Shown: positions 16,315 through 25,589, counted from the stretch's first letter. The stretch is DNA of 32,000 nucleotides from Acaryochloris marina MBIC11017 (GCF_000018105.1 NC_009925.1:5850001-5882000); one strand, 5' to 3'. Program-made: numbers and translations. The notes: generated by a model from the sequence alone, not told the origin.

Positions 16315-16419
16315 TTTTTAAAGAACTTGTTGATATTTCTATTTTAACTCGTGAAAAAATAATCGCTATTTTCAATCCTTTACAGGGCAACTGATTTGAG
16401 TTCAGCAAGCTCGATTATT

Positions 16420-17298
16420 TCAAAACAAACTGAGCTGGGTGGAAGGAGGTGTGAGTTGATTCCACGGTAACGGTGGAATCGCGATCTGTTCCTGTAAAAG
16501 CTGTTGAAACAACTGGGCAGTTCTGGGGGACTGTTCTTCCAAAGGACAATGGACAAAGAAATAAGTATCAATTCCTTGTCGCAGCCACGTCTGCAGAATA
16601 TTGATCCAATTTCCTAGAAACACATCATTTAATTCCCTTTGCGGATGGCTGATATAGCGAACCACCGTAAAGGGCGCTGTGGTAACAGGCTGCAGAGGTA
16701 GCTTCGGTTTACGCCGTTGAGAATGCACTTGTGGATCGTCCGGTCCTTGATAAATGGGACGCGAATCCAGCAATACTCTGCCAATTTGGAGTGAACTCAA
16801 CAAATCATTGAACTGATTTGCATAAGGCGGCTGAAACCATTGCGGATGCCGCACTTCCACAGCTATGGGCACATCAGATGGCTTTATCTCTGTCAGGAAC
16901 GTTTCTAAGTCCGACAATTGTTGTGGACCATAACTGGGAGGAAGCTGAACGAACAGCGGCCCCAAGCGAGGGCCTAAACCTTGCATAAGCTGGATAAACT
17001 CAACCGCCTCATCTTTATGGGGGTGTAAAAGACCAGCATGGGAAACGGTGCGGGGAAACTTGGGGCAGAAGCGAAAGGTGTCTGGGGTTTGTTCCGCCCA
17101 GCGACGGACCGTTTCAGGAGATGGGGTGGAATAAAATGTAGCGTTCACTTCAACCGTAGTTAACCGTTCAGCATAAAGCGGTAACAACCGACTGGAGGAA
17201 CTGCCCTGGGGGTAAAAATCCCCTAGCCAACCTTTATAGGCCCAAATGGCGCAGCCTAAATAGAAATTACCCTTGGGTTCAGATAATGATGCAGTCAT
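16420..17298 (-). CDS. DUF72 family protein (YecE-like)
   Basis: FYLGCAIWAYKGWLGDFYP...LYAERLTTVEVNATFYSTP...FRFCPKFPR...VEVRH is the typical DUF72 pattern. ATG at 17298. Confidence 0.75.
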   Translation of the reverse strand: MTASLSEPKGNFYLGCAIWAYKGWLGDFYPQGSSSSRLLPLYAERLTTVEVNATFYSTPSPETVRRWAEQTPDTFRFCPKFPRTVSHAGLLHPHKDEAVEFIQLMQGLGPRLGPLFVQLPPSYGPQQLSDLETFLTEIKPSDVPIAVEVRHPQWFQPPYANQFNDLLSSLQIGRVLLDSRPIYQGPDDPQVHSQRRKPKLPLQPVTTAPFTVVRYISHPQRELNDVFLGNWINILQTWLRQGIDTYFFVHCPLEEQSPRTAQLFQQLLQEQIAIPPLPWNQLTPPSTQLSLF

Positions 17299-17329
17299 GG
17301 TTTCCCCCTACAATTGGAGTGTTTGCTTC

Positions 17330-17349
17330 CTTGAGACCCGTTTCTCAAG
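17330..17349. promoter_or_regulatory. 7-bp inverted repeat CTTGAGA-N6-TCTCAAG in the DUF72 / ABC-F divergent promoter region
   Basis: Read directly. It lies in the 85-bp spacer between the DUF72 ATG (17298) and the preferred ABC-F ATG (17384). A function as an operator is only a guess. Confidence 0.2.
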
Positions 17350-17383
17350 AGGGAAATCTCCTTATTATCTCACCACAAATCAG

Positions 17384-19312
17384 ATGAGCATTGTAACGCT
17401 GCAGGGAATTCGCAAGGATTTTGGCATCAAGGAAATTCTGCGAGAGGCCAGCTTTAGCATTGAACCCGATGACAAAATTGGTCTGATCGGTGTGAATGGA
17501 TCCGGCAAGTCCACGGTCCTAAAGATGATTTCTGGGATGGAATCTATTGATGGGGGTAAACGCCAGGTCAACTCAGGGGCCACCATTGTCTATCTGCCCC
17601 AACAACCCGATCTGGACGACGAACGCACTGTGCTTGATCAGGTGTTTAATGACAGTAGTGAGCAGATGCAGCTCGTCCGTACCTACGAGGACTTGTCCCA
17701 TCAAATGTCTCAGGTGGAGGGAGCCGAACTTGAAAACCTGATGGCGAAGTTAGCTGGAATATCTGCCCAGATGGAGACGACGGGGGCCTGGGAACTGGAA
17801 ACCAACGCCAAAATTATTTTGAGCAAGTTGGGGATTACGGACTTTGAGGCTAAAGTCGGAGATCTCTCCGGTGGCTATCGCAAGCGCATTGCCCTGGCAA
17901 CTGCTCTGCTCTCAGAGCCTGACTTGCTGTTAATGGACGAGCCCACCAACCATCTTGATGCGGAATCGGTGGAATGGCTACAGAGTTATCTCAAGCGCTA
18001 TCGAGGGGCGCTGTTGTTGATTACCCACGATCGCTACTTTTTGGATCAAGTTACCAATCGGATTCTGGAAATTGATCGGGGGGACTTGTATACCTTCTCT
18101 GGCAACTATTCCTATTACCTAGAGAAGAAGGCGTTGGCTGAAACGGCAGCCGCTAAGAGCCAACGTAAACACCAGGGCATTCTGCGGCGGGAGTTGGAAT
18201 GGCTGAAACGGGGGCCAAAGGCCCGCAGTACTAAACAGCAGGCTCGGATTGACCGGATCCATGCTATGCAGGATCAAACCTTTAAGGAAGCTCAGGGCAA
18301 AGTCGATATCGATACACCGGGGCGTCGGATTGGCAAAAAGGTGATTGAGCTTGCCCAGATTTCCAAGGGCTATGGTGATCGAACGTTGATTCAGGATTTT
18401 TCCTACGAATTTAGCCCTGAAGATCGCATTGGCATTATTGGTGGCAATGGCACTGGCAAATCCACCTTAATGAACATTATGACTGGGCGAGTTGAGCCAG
18501 ATAAAGGGCAAGTCGAGATAGGCACTACGATTCATATCGGCTACTTCGACCAACATTCAGATGATCTGGTGGCCGCAGCCAATCAGGAGCAGCGAGTGAT
18601 TGATTACATCAAAGAGGTCGGGGAGTTTGTCAAAACGGCGGATGGCAGTCAGATTTCAGCCTCCCAGATGCTGGAGCGATTCTTGTTCCCAGGTAATCAG
18701 CAGTATGCCCCCATTCACAAGCTATCTGGAGGAGAAAAACGGCGGCTTTTTTTACTGCGGATACTAATGAGTGCCCCCAATGTGCTGATTTTGGACGAGC
18801 CAACTAATGATTTAGATGTTCAGACTCTAGCCGTTTTAGAGGAGTATCTCGAAGACTTTAATGGTTGCGTCATTGTTGTATCTCACGATCGCTATTTTCT
18901 GGATCGGACCGTAGACTATATCTTTGCTCTAGAGGATTCTCAAGTTCGCCGCTATCCCGGCAACTATTCTATTTATTTAGATATCAAGCAGTCTGAAGCA
19001 GACGCAGAACTGAGCCACCCCAAGGAAAAAGATAAGTCTGCTGAATCCGTCCCCGAAAAAGCAAAGGGGAAGCCCCAATCATCTTCTCGATCACGTCGCC
19101 TGTCTAACTACGAGCGCCGAGAGTTTGCCAGCCTAGAAGATAAAATCCCAGAACTGGAAGCAAAGAAAGCCAAATTAGAGAAAACCCTATACGGTTCACC
19201 TCCCAGTGATTTTTCCGAGGTGCAACAGCTTTCTGATCAACTCGCCACCTTGGAAGCAGAGATTGAGACTGCCACAGAGCGCTGGATGGAGTTAGCCGAA
19301 TTGGAATCGTAG
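17384..19312 (+). CDS. ABC-F family ATPase (Uup-like, two ABC domains plus C-terminal coiled coil)
   Basis: Two Walker A sites (GVNGSGKST, GGNGTGKST), two signature motifs (LSGGYRKR, LSGGEKRR), two Walker B sites (LLLMDEPTNHLD, VLILDEPTNDLD), no TM domain, and a charged coiled-coil tail. The track start at 17273 would overlap DUF72. The ATG at 17384 (MSIVTLQGIRKDFG) gives the canonical ABC-F N-terminus. Confidence 0.9.
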   Translation: MSIVTLQGIRKDFGIKEILREASFSIEPDDKIGLIGVNGSGKSTVLKMISGMESIDGGKRQVNSGATIVYLPQQPDLDDERTVLDQVFNDSSEQMQLVRTYEDLSHQMSQVEGAELENLMAKLAGISAQMETTGAWELETNAKIILSKLGITDFEAKVGDLSGGYRKRIALATALLSEPDLLLMDEPTNHLDAESVEWLQSYLKRYRGALLLITHDRYFLDQVTNRILEIDRGDLYTFSGNYSYYLEKKALAETAAAKSQRKHQGILRRELEWLKRGPKARSTKQQARIDRIHAMQDQTFKEAQGKVDIDTPGRRIGKKVIELAQISKGYGDRTLIQDFSYEFSPEDRIGIIGGNGTGKSTLMNIMTGRVEPDKGQVEIGTTIHIGYFDQHSDDLVAAANQEQRVIDYIKEVGEFVKTADGSQISASQMLERFLFPGNQQYAPIHKLSGGEKRRLFLLRILMSAPNVLILDEPTNDLDVQTLAVLEEYLEDFNGCVIVVSHDRYFLDRTVDYIFALEDSQVRRYPGNYSIYLDIKQSEADAELSHPKEKDKSAESVPEKAKGKPQSSSRSRRLSNYERREFASLEDKIPELEAKKAKLEKTLYGSPPSDFSEVQQLSDQLATLEAEIETATERWMELAELES

Positions 19313-19457
19313 GGTTAAGGAATTTTTATTTAACGATCAGGAAATTTTTCCTCAGGCTTGACAGCGCTCTATGCTTGAAGAGTGCCAAATTCCCATTATC
19401 TGAGTAAGATAAGAAGCGGCATCCGCGCAAGCATAATCATTTTCGTCATCAAAAACA

Positions 19458-19676
19458 ATGGAAAATCCATCTCTCCGTGAACAACCTCGCGAACAGAAAG
19501 CTCCGATCATGGAGTCCCGACAAGATGCATCCATCCTGGGATGGCTGGAAGGATCGGGGCGGTTAATGGATCGAGATACCCAGGAACGGGCCAAAACGGT
19601 CTTAGAAGAAGAGGAAAGCGAAGAAATCAATGCCCTGATGGGGGGCGATGACGATGCGGATGACGATGAGGAATAA
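19458..19676 (+). CDS. small acidic protein, cyanobacterial conserved-hypothetical type (DUF3134-like by recollection)
   Basis: 72 aa, MENPSLREQPREQKAPI...SILGWLEGSGRL...EEEESEEINALMGGDDDADDDEE. It ends 10 nt before the mraY ATG. It is preferred over the overlapping minus-strand Ser-rich ORF, whose low complexity is just the complement of the GAA/GAT-rich acidic tail. Confidence 0.55.
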   Translation: MENPSLREQPREQKAPIMESRQDASILGWLEGSGRLMDRDTQERAKTVLEEEESEEINALMGGDDDADDDEE

Positions 19677-19686
19677 GTAAAAAAAC

Positions 19687-20802
19687 ATGGTCCTTGCAAA
19701 TAAGACCACTGCGTCAACTCGATCTGGGGCTGGCCGTAATTTGTATTGGTTATTACTCCTGTGTCTCAGTGGAGTCGCTTTAGCCACGGATATTTACTCC
19801 GGCCGTATTGACACCCCTGCTTTAACGATTGTGGCCCCTCTGTGGACTAGTACCCTTGTGGTTACGCTATTGGGATTTTGGGCAGTTCCAATGTTGCGAT
19901 CGCTCAAAGCATCCCAAGTCATCCAAGAAGACGGTCCCCAGAGTCACCTAAAAAAGGCAGGCACCCCCACCATGGGCGGCATTTTCTTTATGCCGGTGGC
20001 TTTGGTATTAGGTTGGGCTTGGGTCGCCGCCAATAGCGTTAATTTACTCGAAGTATCTGCAGCAGTCCTCCTTACCCTCTGTTTAGGTTTGGTGGGCTGG
20101 TTTGATGACTGGCAAATCCTGCGCAAAAAATCTAACAAGGGTATCTCGGCAAAGTTGAGATTGGGCATCGAATTAGGCAGTGGTCTGATCTTTGGATTGT
20201 GGCTCTTTTTAACCCGCTCAGACATTAGTGGGTTGGCTTTACCCTTTGGGCTTAGCCTTCCAATCGGCGTGCTGTTTTTAGCTATCTCTACCTTCGTTGT
20301 GGCAGCAGAAAGTAACGCCGTTAACTTAACGGATGGTATGGATGGATTAGCGGCGGGCACTAGTGCGATCGCATTCCTCGGACTCGCCCTTGTGGTTGCA
20401 CCGAGTTGGCCAGGACTGATGATCTTCTGTGCCTGCTTTTCAGGAAGCTGTTTAGGATTTTTGGCCCACAACCATAATCCGGCCCAAGTCTTTATGGGTG
20501 ATACCGGATCGTTAGCTTTGGGCGGTGCTCTAGCGGCTGTAGGATTAATTACCAATACCTTATGGGCATTACTGATTTTGAGTGGACTCTTTCTAGTAGA
20601 GTCCCTATCCGTAATTGCCCAAGTGACCTACTACAAAGCCACTAAGGGGCCTGATGGGGTGGGCAAACGCCTTTTCAAAATGTCCCCCATTCACCACCAT
20701 TTCGAGCAATCTGGCTGGCCCGAAGTCCGGGTTGTATCCACCTTTTACGCTTGCGTTGCCGTTTTAGCGGTGGCGGCCTGCGGCCTGAATGCCCTCAGCT
20801 AG
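19687..20802 (+). CDS. mraY: phospho-N-acetylmuramoyl-pentapeptide transferase
   Basis: KKAGTPTMGG, NAVNLTDGMDGLA, VFMGDTGSLALGG, SPIHHHFE, and a ~10-TM profile. Confidence 0.95.
   Translation: MVLANKTTASTRSGAGRNLYWLLLLCLSGVALATDIYSGRIDTPALTIVAPLWTSTLVVTLLGFWAVPMLRSLKASQVIQEDGPQSHLKKAGTPTMGGIFFMPVALVLGWAWVAANSVNLLEVSAAVLLTLCLGLVGWFDDWQILRKKSNKGISAKLRLGIELGSGLIFGLWLFLTRSDISGLALPFGLSLPIGVLFLAISTFVVAAESNAVNLTDGMDGLAAGTSAIAFLGLALVVAPSWPGLMIFCACFSGSCLGFLAHNHNPAQVFMGDTGSLALGGALAAVGLITNTLWALLILSGLFLVESLSVIAQVTYYKATKGPDGVGKRLFKMSPIHHHFEQSGWPEVRVVSTFYACVAVLAVAACGLNALS
19896..19903. repeat. HIP1 octamer GCGATCGC
   Basis: Read directly, inside mraY. Confidence 0.95.
20365..20372. repeat. HIP1 octamer GCGATCGC
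   Basis: Read directly, inside mraY. Confidence 0.95.
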
Positions 20803-20819
20803 TTTCTCTATTACACCTA

Positions 20820-21593
20820 TTAAAACTGATCTTTCATACCCCGTAGCCGTGCAAAACACTGGACCGGGGTATTGCTTTTGGTATGGATAATTAAATGGGG
20901 CTGATCCCACCGCAGAAAGGGGTTGGTCTGTTTTTCCAAGCCAATATCAGAGGGAACAGTCGGTTGGGATAGATTCCGAGCGTTTTGCACCTGTTTAAAG
21001 CGATTTTTTAGGTGTGAATTGTCTGAATCTACCGTCAGGGCAAACTGCAAATTTTTGAGGGTATATTCGTGGGCACACCAGACTCGGGTGGTCTCCGGTA
21101 AGTTGCGCAGCTTGCTTAAAGAGTCCACCATCTGGGCCGGAGTGCCCTCAAACAAACGTCCACATCCCCCTGCGAACAAGGTATCGCCACAAAACAGTTC
21201 CCCCCATTCTTCTCCTGTCGTAGGGGGGAAGTAATAGGCAATATGGGCTCGGGTATGGCCGGGAACAAAGTAAACCTCAGCCCTGCGATGAGCAAAAGAG
21301 ACTTGATCGCCTTCTTTTAGAAAGTGTTGCTGGCCGGGAATCCGACCTCGATCCTGCTCTCCTCCATAAACAACGGTGTTGGGAAAAGCCTGGAGGAGGG
21401 TTCGATTGCCCCCCACATGATCCGAATGGTGATGGGTATTGAAGATGGCGACCAGCTCAGCCCCCAACTCTGCCAATTTCTTCAGTACGGGCTGAGGATC
21501 GGCTGGATCAACCACGGCGGCAATATTCTGCCCAGGATCATGGAGGACAAAAATGTAGTTATCGGAAAAGGCCGGTAGTCGGTGGATTTGCAT
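20820..21593 (-). CDS. gloB: hydroxyacylglutathione hydrolase (glyoxalase II)
   Basis: MQIHRLPAFSDNYIFVLHD, metallo-beta-lactamase motif THHHSDHVGGN, CAHEYT, C-terminal NPFLR...LRGMKDQF. The track start at 21605 is a TTG, and the ATG at 21593 gives the canonical N-terminus. Confidence 0.9.
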   Translation of the reverse strand: MQIHRLPAFSDNYIFVLHDPGQNIAAVVDPADPQPVLKKLAELGAELVAIFNTHHHSDHVGGNRTLLQAFPNTVVYGGEQDRGRIPGQQHFLKEGDQVSFAHRRAEVYFVPGHTRAHIAYYFPPTTGEEWGELFCGDTLFAGGCGRLFEGTPAQMVDSLSKLRNLPETTRVWCAHEYTLKNLQFALTVDSDNSHLKNRFKQVQNARNLSQPTVPSDIGLEKQTNPFLRWDQPHLIIHTKSNTPVQCFARLRGMKDQF

Positions 21594-21595
21594 GG

Positions 21596-21603
21596 GCGAT
21601 CGC
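21596..21603. repeat. HIP1 octamer GCGATCGC
   Basis: Read directly, immediately upstream of the gloB ATG (21593). Confidence 0.95.
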
Positions 21604-21633
21604 AAAATTCTATATCACTGATATCTTATTATT

Positions 21634-21698
21634 TTGCGACTCCAACCGTTGTTGAAAGCCGGGTTGCACTGCTGACATCAGCCACCTTGCGACTCCAA
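21634..21698. repeat. 12-bp direct repeat TTGCGACTCCAA (21634-21645 and 21687-21698), each followed by GTTGCA, in the gloB / beta-helix divergent intergenic region
   Basis: Read directly: TTGCGACTCCAAccgttgttgaaagccggGTTGCA and TTGCGACTCCAAtcacaccattctttGTTGCA. The offset is 53 bp. Confidence 0.6.
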
Positions 21699-21763
21699 TC
21701 ACACCATTCTTTGTTGCATAGGATTTAACTAGGCATATCGGCTTTGTTATTCATCCTTGAACA

Positions 21764-23782
21764 ATGCGCTGCCAAAAAATTCCCTTCATTTTGCTGTCTC
21801 TCCTTCTGACAGTCTGTCTTTGGGGCTTAAACTCATGGAATCTCCGAGCAGAAACCAATCATCAGCTAGTCGTTGCCCAGCAACATCCCGCTGCATCAGA
21901 CCGCAACCCTGGCACCGAGAATAAGCCTCTTCAGACCATTAATGCCGCTGCTCAGCAGGCTCGGCCCGGGGAGACCATCCTGGTTCATGCCGGTATTTAC
22001 CGAGAGCGAGTCACACCTCCTAGGAGTGGAAACCCGGATCAGCCAATTGTCTATGCAGCTGCCCCCGGAGAAACTGTCGTCCTCCGAGGGTCAGAGGTTT
22101 GGTCAGCAACGCCCGTATCCGACCATGAGTCATCCACCTTATCCGCTGATTGGGAAGGTCCCCTGCCCAAGAACCTGTTTCCAGATACGGATCCATTCAC
22201 CAAGCAGCTGGAGCGAATGCAAAAAGGGTATTTACGCGGTCAAGTTTTTTGTCAAAGTTTGCCCCTACGCCAAGTACTCGATCAAGAAACCCTGACTTCC
22301 CAACCCGGAACTTGGTATTTTGATCCCCAACAACGTTGGCTGAAAGTTCACCTAGACCAGGCTTATCCCGTCTCAAAGCCTCCTTTACTAGAAGTCAGCA
22401 CCCGTCGAGCCGTCTTTGCCCCTAAAATTCGCGGGTTAGGCTATATCCATGTTCGTGGATTTGTGATGGAGCATGGGGCCAACCCCTTTCCCAGCGGGTT
22501 TTGGCGCAGTCAATCTCCCCAAGCAGGCATTTTGAGTACCCGCTCAGGACATCATTGGCTGATTGAAAACAACACCGTTCGCTTTGCTAAAAGCCTGGGA
22601 ATTGATAGTGGTAGTGAAGGACGCTATGACATTGATGGCTTAGAGCAACCGATCCCGGAGGGCGTGGGATATCACGTGATTCGGCATAATCGAGTGACGG
22701 ACAACGGTGCAGGGGGAATTGCGGGTTGGAATCAAACTGCATCCTTGATTGCCTACAACGTGATTGAACGCAATAACCGTTTAGGCTTTAAAGCGCCAGA
22801 AACAGGGGGGATCAAAGTTCATGGGTTTGTAGATGGCCAGATTATTGGCAATGTCCTCCGCGATAATGAGTGCTTTGGCATTTGGGTCGATAACGTCTAC
22901 CGAGATGCCCGCGTCAGCCGCAATCTTGTATTGGGGAATCAAGGGGCTGGCATTTTCATCGAATTGGGAGGCGGTCCCATTTTGGTCGATAACAATGTGG
23001 TTGCTTTTACAGCCCTAGGAGAAGGCATCTATACTCACGATGCTAGCGGCGTCACCATCGCTCACAACTGGTTACAGGCCAACACTCACTTTGGCGTGTA
23101 TATGCGAACGGTTACGGATCGCCAGTATGCCAAAGCAGATGGGACTTCTGAGCAAGCGGCCACAAGCGGACAGCGGGTTTACGGCAATGTTTTTGTTGAT
23201 AACTATCGCGGTCATATGAGCCTGCCGTTCCCTTCGGAACCCGAAATAGATAATAAATCTGACTACAATCTGCTGATTAATGGCACCCTATGGCAGTGGG
23301 AAGGCCAAGCCCCTCACCGATTTGTCTGGAACCACCAGTCTAAATTTGTGAAACGAGAATCCATTGTTGCCACCCTAGAGAGAGCCTTTGCAACAGGTCA
23401 ACTCCCCAAGGCAGAACAACCCAATTTTGATCAGTGGAGTCAGACCCTCGCTTTACCGCTACCTTGGTGGCAGCAGCTAACAGGGAATGACACGAATAGC
23501 GTTGCGCCTTTAATTCAAGGGGGTGAGGTTGTGAATGGTGCCATTGCCCAGGGAGCGATTACATTAGGGGTCAACACGCCCAATTTAGAGGTCGCCGATC
23601 CAACCGTCGTTCCTCAACTAGCCATTCCCTCCTTGCCCCTTCCCAGTCGAGACTTCTGGGGGACGCCGATCAGTAATGCCCCTCGTTTTCCAGGTCCATT
23701 CCAAAACTGGCCCCAAGCAGGTGAAGTGCACTGGCCTCTCTGGCCGATAGAATCATCCGAATCAAAAAATAGGACTGAGTAG
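21764..23782 (+). CDS. secreted right-handed parallel beta-helix repeat protein (pectate-lyase-fold, polysaccharide-active enzyme candidate)
   Basis: N-terminal signal-like peptide MRCQKIPFILLSLLLTVCLWGL. The DUF1565-like start TINAAAQQARPGETILVHAGIYRERV follows. There are at least eight PbH1-type repeats: IENNTVRFA, IRHNRVTDN, IAYNVIERN, IGNVLRDN, VSRNLVLGN, VDNNVVAF, IAHNWLQAN, YGNVFVDN. Confidence 0.8.
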   Translation: MRCQKIPFILLSLLLTVCLWGLNSWNLRAETNHQLVVAQQHPAASDRNPGTENKPLQTINAAAQQARPGETILVHAGIYRERVTPPRSGNPDQPIVYAAAPGETVVLRGSEVWSATPVSDHESSTLSADWEGPLPKNLFPDTDPFTKQLERMQKGYLRGQVFCQSLPLRQVLDQETLTSQPGTWYFDPQQRWLKVHLDQAYPVSKPPLLEVSTRRAVFAPKIRGLGYIHVRGFVMEHGANPFPSGFWRSQSPQAGILSTRSGHHWLIENNTVRFAKSLGIDSGSEGRYDIDGLEQPIPEGVGYHVIRHNRVTDNGAGGIAGWNQTASLIAYNVIERNNRLGFKAPETGGIKVHGFVDGQIIGNVLRDNECFGIWVDNVYRDARVSRNLVLGNQGAGIFIELGGGPILVDNNVVAFTALGEGIYTHDASGVTIAHNWLQANTHFGVYMRTVTDRQYAKADGTSEQAATSGQRVYGNVFVDNYRGHMSLPFPSEPEIDNKSDYNLLINGTLWQWEGQAPHRFVWNHQSKFVKRESIVATLERAFATGQLPKAEQPNFDQWSQTLALPLPWWQQLTGNDTNSVAPLIQGGEVVNGAIAQGAITLGVNTPNLEVADPTVVPQLAIPSLPLPSRDFWGTPISNAPRFPGPFQNWPQAGEVHWPLWPIESSESKNRTE

Positions 23783-23800
23783 CTTAGGATAATATTTGGC

Positions 23801-23824
23801 CAGGATGTTCACCGAACATTCCTG
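23801..23824 (+). terminator. hairpin between the beta-helix gene stop and hisF start (weak terminator or processing/operator element)
   Basis: CAGGATGTTC-ACC-GAACATTCCTG forms a 10-bp stem with one bulged T and a 3-nt loop. No U-tract follows. Confidence 0.3.
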
Positions 23825-23851
23825 TCCTATCCCATTGCAAGAGTATGAGCC

Positions 23852-24619
23852 ATGCTAGCCAAGCGAATTTTGCCTTGTTTAGACGTTAAAGCTGGACGAG
23901 TCGTCAAAGGGGTGAATTTCGTCAACCTAAAAGATGCTGGAGATCCGGTTGAACTCGCCCAAATATATAACGAGGCTGGAGCCGATGAGTTAGTGTTCCT
24001 AGACATCACCGCCACCCATGAAGATCGCAACATTATCTTTGATGTGGTGTACCGGACTGCCGAAGCCGTCTTTATTCCCCTGACCGTAGGCGGTGGGATC
24101 CAATCCTTAGAAACGATTAAAAAGCTGTTGCGAGCTGGAGCCGATAAAGTCAGCTTAAACTCTTTCGCCGTCCGTAATCCCGACTTTGTAAACCAAGCCA
24201 GCGAACGATTTGGTCGGCAATGCATTGTCGTGGCCATAGATGCCCGTCGTCGTGATGATGGCAATTCCGGCTGGGATGTCTTTGTGCGTGGCGGTCGCGA
24301 TAACACAGGTTTAGATGCGATCTCATGGGCCAAGGAAATGGAAGAACGCGGTGCAGGAGAACTCTTAGTTACCAGCATGGATGGGGATGGTACCCAAGCT
24401 GGATATGACTTGGAACTGACTCGCACCATTGCCGAACAAGTCGAGATCCCCGTGATCGCGTCTGGTGGCGCGGGCACCTGTGATCATATTCGGGAAGCCT
24501 TGACAGACGGTAAGGCTGAAGCGGCTTTGCTAGCATCCCTACTGCACTACGGGCAGCTCTCTATTGCAGAAATAAAAACTCATTTGCAGGATCACCGAGT
24601 TCCGATCCGCCTGGCTTAA
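23852..24619 (+). CDS. hisF: imidazole glycerol phosphate synthase, cyclase subunit
   Basis: [91 protein letters not shown]. It matches the HisF pattern over its full length. Confidence 0.95.
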   Translation: MLAKRILPCLDVKAGRVVKGVNFVNLKDAGDPVELAQIYNEAGADELVFLDITATHEDRNIIFDVVYRTAEAVFIPLTVGGGIQSLETIKKLLRAGADKVSLNSFAVRNPDFVNQASERFGRQCIVVAIDARRRDDGNSGWDVFVRGGRDNTGLDAISWAKEMEERGAGELLVTSMDGDGTQAGYDLELTRTIAEQVEIPVIASGGAGTCDHIREALTDGKAEAALLASLLHYGQLSIAEIKTHLQDHRVPIRLA

Positions 24620-24691
24620 TTCTTAAATCAAACTGTAAAATCACAGATTTGTGGTGGATTAGTCTTTAATTTTATTAAAATTAGTAAAGTT

Positions 24692-24943
24692 ATGATTATT
24701 CTGCTTGTCGGTGCTATTGGACTTGTGATGTGGTCCTTGCAATTAATGAAGATGGCTCACCACTCCAGTGAGAAGTCTCTCATCTTTGCGGGGGTACTCG
24801 TCGCTGTGTCTGCAATAGGCCTCGTAGCAGTTTATATGCTAATGGATGGCTGCATGGGATATATAACGGGTGGAGAATCCGTTTCTGCTCAGGCCTCTAA
24901 TCTGCCCCTAATGGTGGTCTCCCATTTCTCTTCAATCTTTTGA
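24692..24943 (+). CDS. hypothetical small membrane protein (two predicted TM helices)
   Basis: 83 aa, MIILLVGAIGLVMWSLQL and LIFAGVLVAVSAIGLVAVYML. It starts 72 nt downstream of hisF on the same strand. I recognised no family. Confidence 0.4.
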   Translation: MIILLVGAIGLVMWSLQLMKMAHHSSEKSLIFAGVLVAVSAIGLVAVYMLMDGCMGYITGGESVSAQASNLPLMVVSHFSSIF

Positions 24944-25589
24944 AATTATCTCAGCTCATCATCCAAGTATCAATATTTAGGTTAACGAAGCATCAACCAG
25001 GCGCCTTAACCCCTTCAAATTAGCTTAAAACTTCGGTTCTAAACATTTTCAATTCTATAGTCGCTTAGTCTCAGCCCTTTTCCCTGTAAAAGCACCATAT
25101 ATTATTTATGGCGGTTGAGCTTCTTGAGAGGATGGCATACAACTGCACTGTTTTGGGTAACAAACATCCACAACCAGGTATATCTGAGTACATCTCCAAA
25201 CTTGGACTTATCTGCAAACATCTGCCTTTCCGTGATCCGAATACTCCTGGCTTGTCCGTCAATATTTTGTGTTTTCTGAACTAACAAGCCTCAAAGGCAA
25301 TACCTGAGAGGATTCTAAGGTAATTATCATCGTGCATCTTCTGGACCAAGGGAGGTGTTTGATCAGGATCAGCTAAAAATGGGAATACTCTTTTTACTCA
25401 ATTAGGGCCAAACATTAATATATTTAACAAAATTAAAACAATTACACATAAATTTCAGAAAGGATTTAATACTATCGCTAATTAGTCCAGCCATCTTTTT
25501 GATTTACGCCTTTCTCCTAGGTGAAATAAGCAGTTGGTATTGTTTTTATTCTACCAAAAAAGACTAATATTTCAATTTTCTATTACCAG

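Noticed and set aside
17273-17383. N-terminal extension of the ABC-F ORF (track start 17273)
   Set aside because: It would overlap the divergent DUF72 gene start. It also adds 37 non-conserved residues ahead of the canonical MSIVTLQGIRKDFG start.
19352-19717. 121-aa Ser-rich minus-strand ORF
   Set aside because: Its poly-Ser runs are the complement of the GAA/GAT acidic tail of the + strand 72-aa ORF. The + strand ORF has the better context, ending just before the mraY start.
19944-20555. 203-aa minus-strand ORF
   Set aside because: It lies entirely antisense to the unambiguous mraY gene. Its Pro/Ala/Lys-rich low-complexity composition is typical of a shadow frame, and I see no motifs.
11949-23018. 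Short overlapping ORFs 11949-12161, 13308-13574, 13543-13758, 14353-14643, 14754-15011, 16380-16571, 17380-17586, 17547-17741, 20923-21234, 21324-21578, 21873-22295 and 22833-23018
   Set aside because: All are nested within, or antisense to, well-supported genes (P450, DUF4434, EEP, kinase, DUF72, ABC-F, gloB, beta-helix). None has recognisable motifs.
23827-24477. 216-aa minus-strand ORF
   Set aside because: It is antisense to hisF, which matches its family end to end. Its Ser/Arg/Pro/Ala-rich composition is typical of the complement of a GC-balanced coding region.
25071-25287. Two overlapping minus-strand ORFs (63 and 61 aa) and a 58-aa + strand ORF; possible IS630/Tc1-type transposase remnant because of ...ITERQMFADKSKFGD...
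   Set aside because: The resemblance to the first DDE block (xxFxDESxF) is only a few residues. No inverted repeats, TA duplication or further transposase blocks are visible. Three frames being open at once argues against any single one being coding. I keep it only as part of the gap finding.
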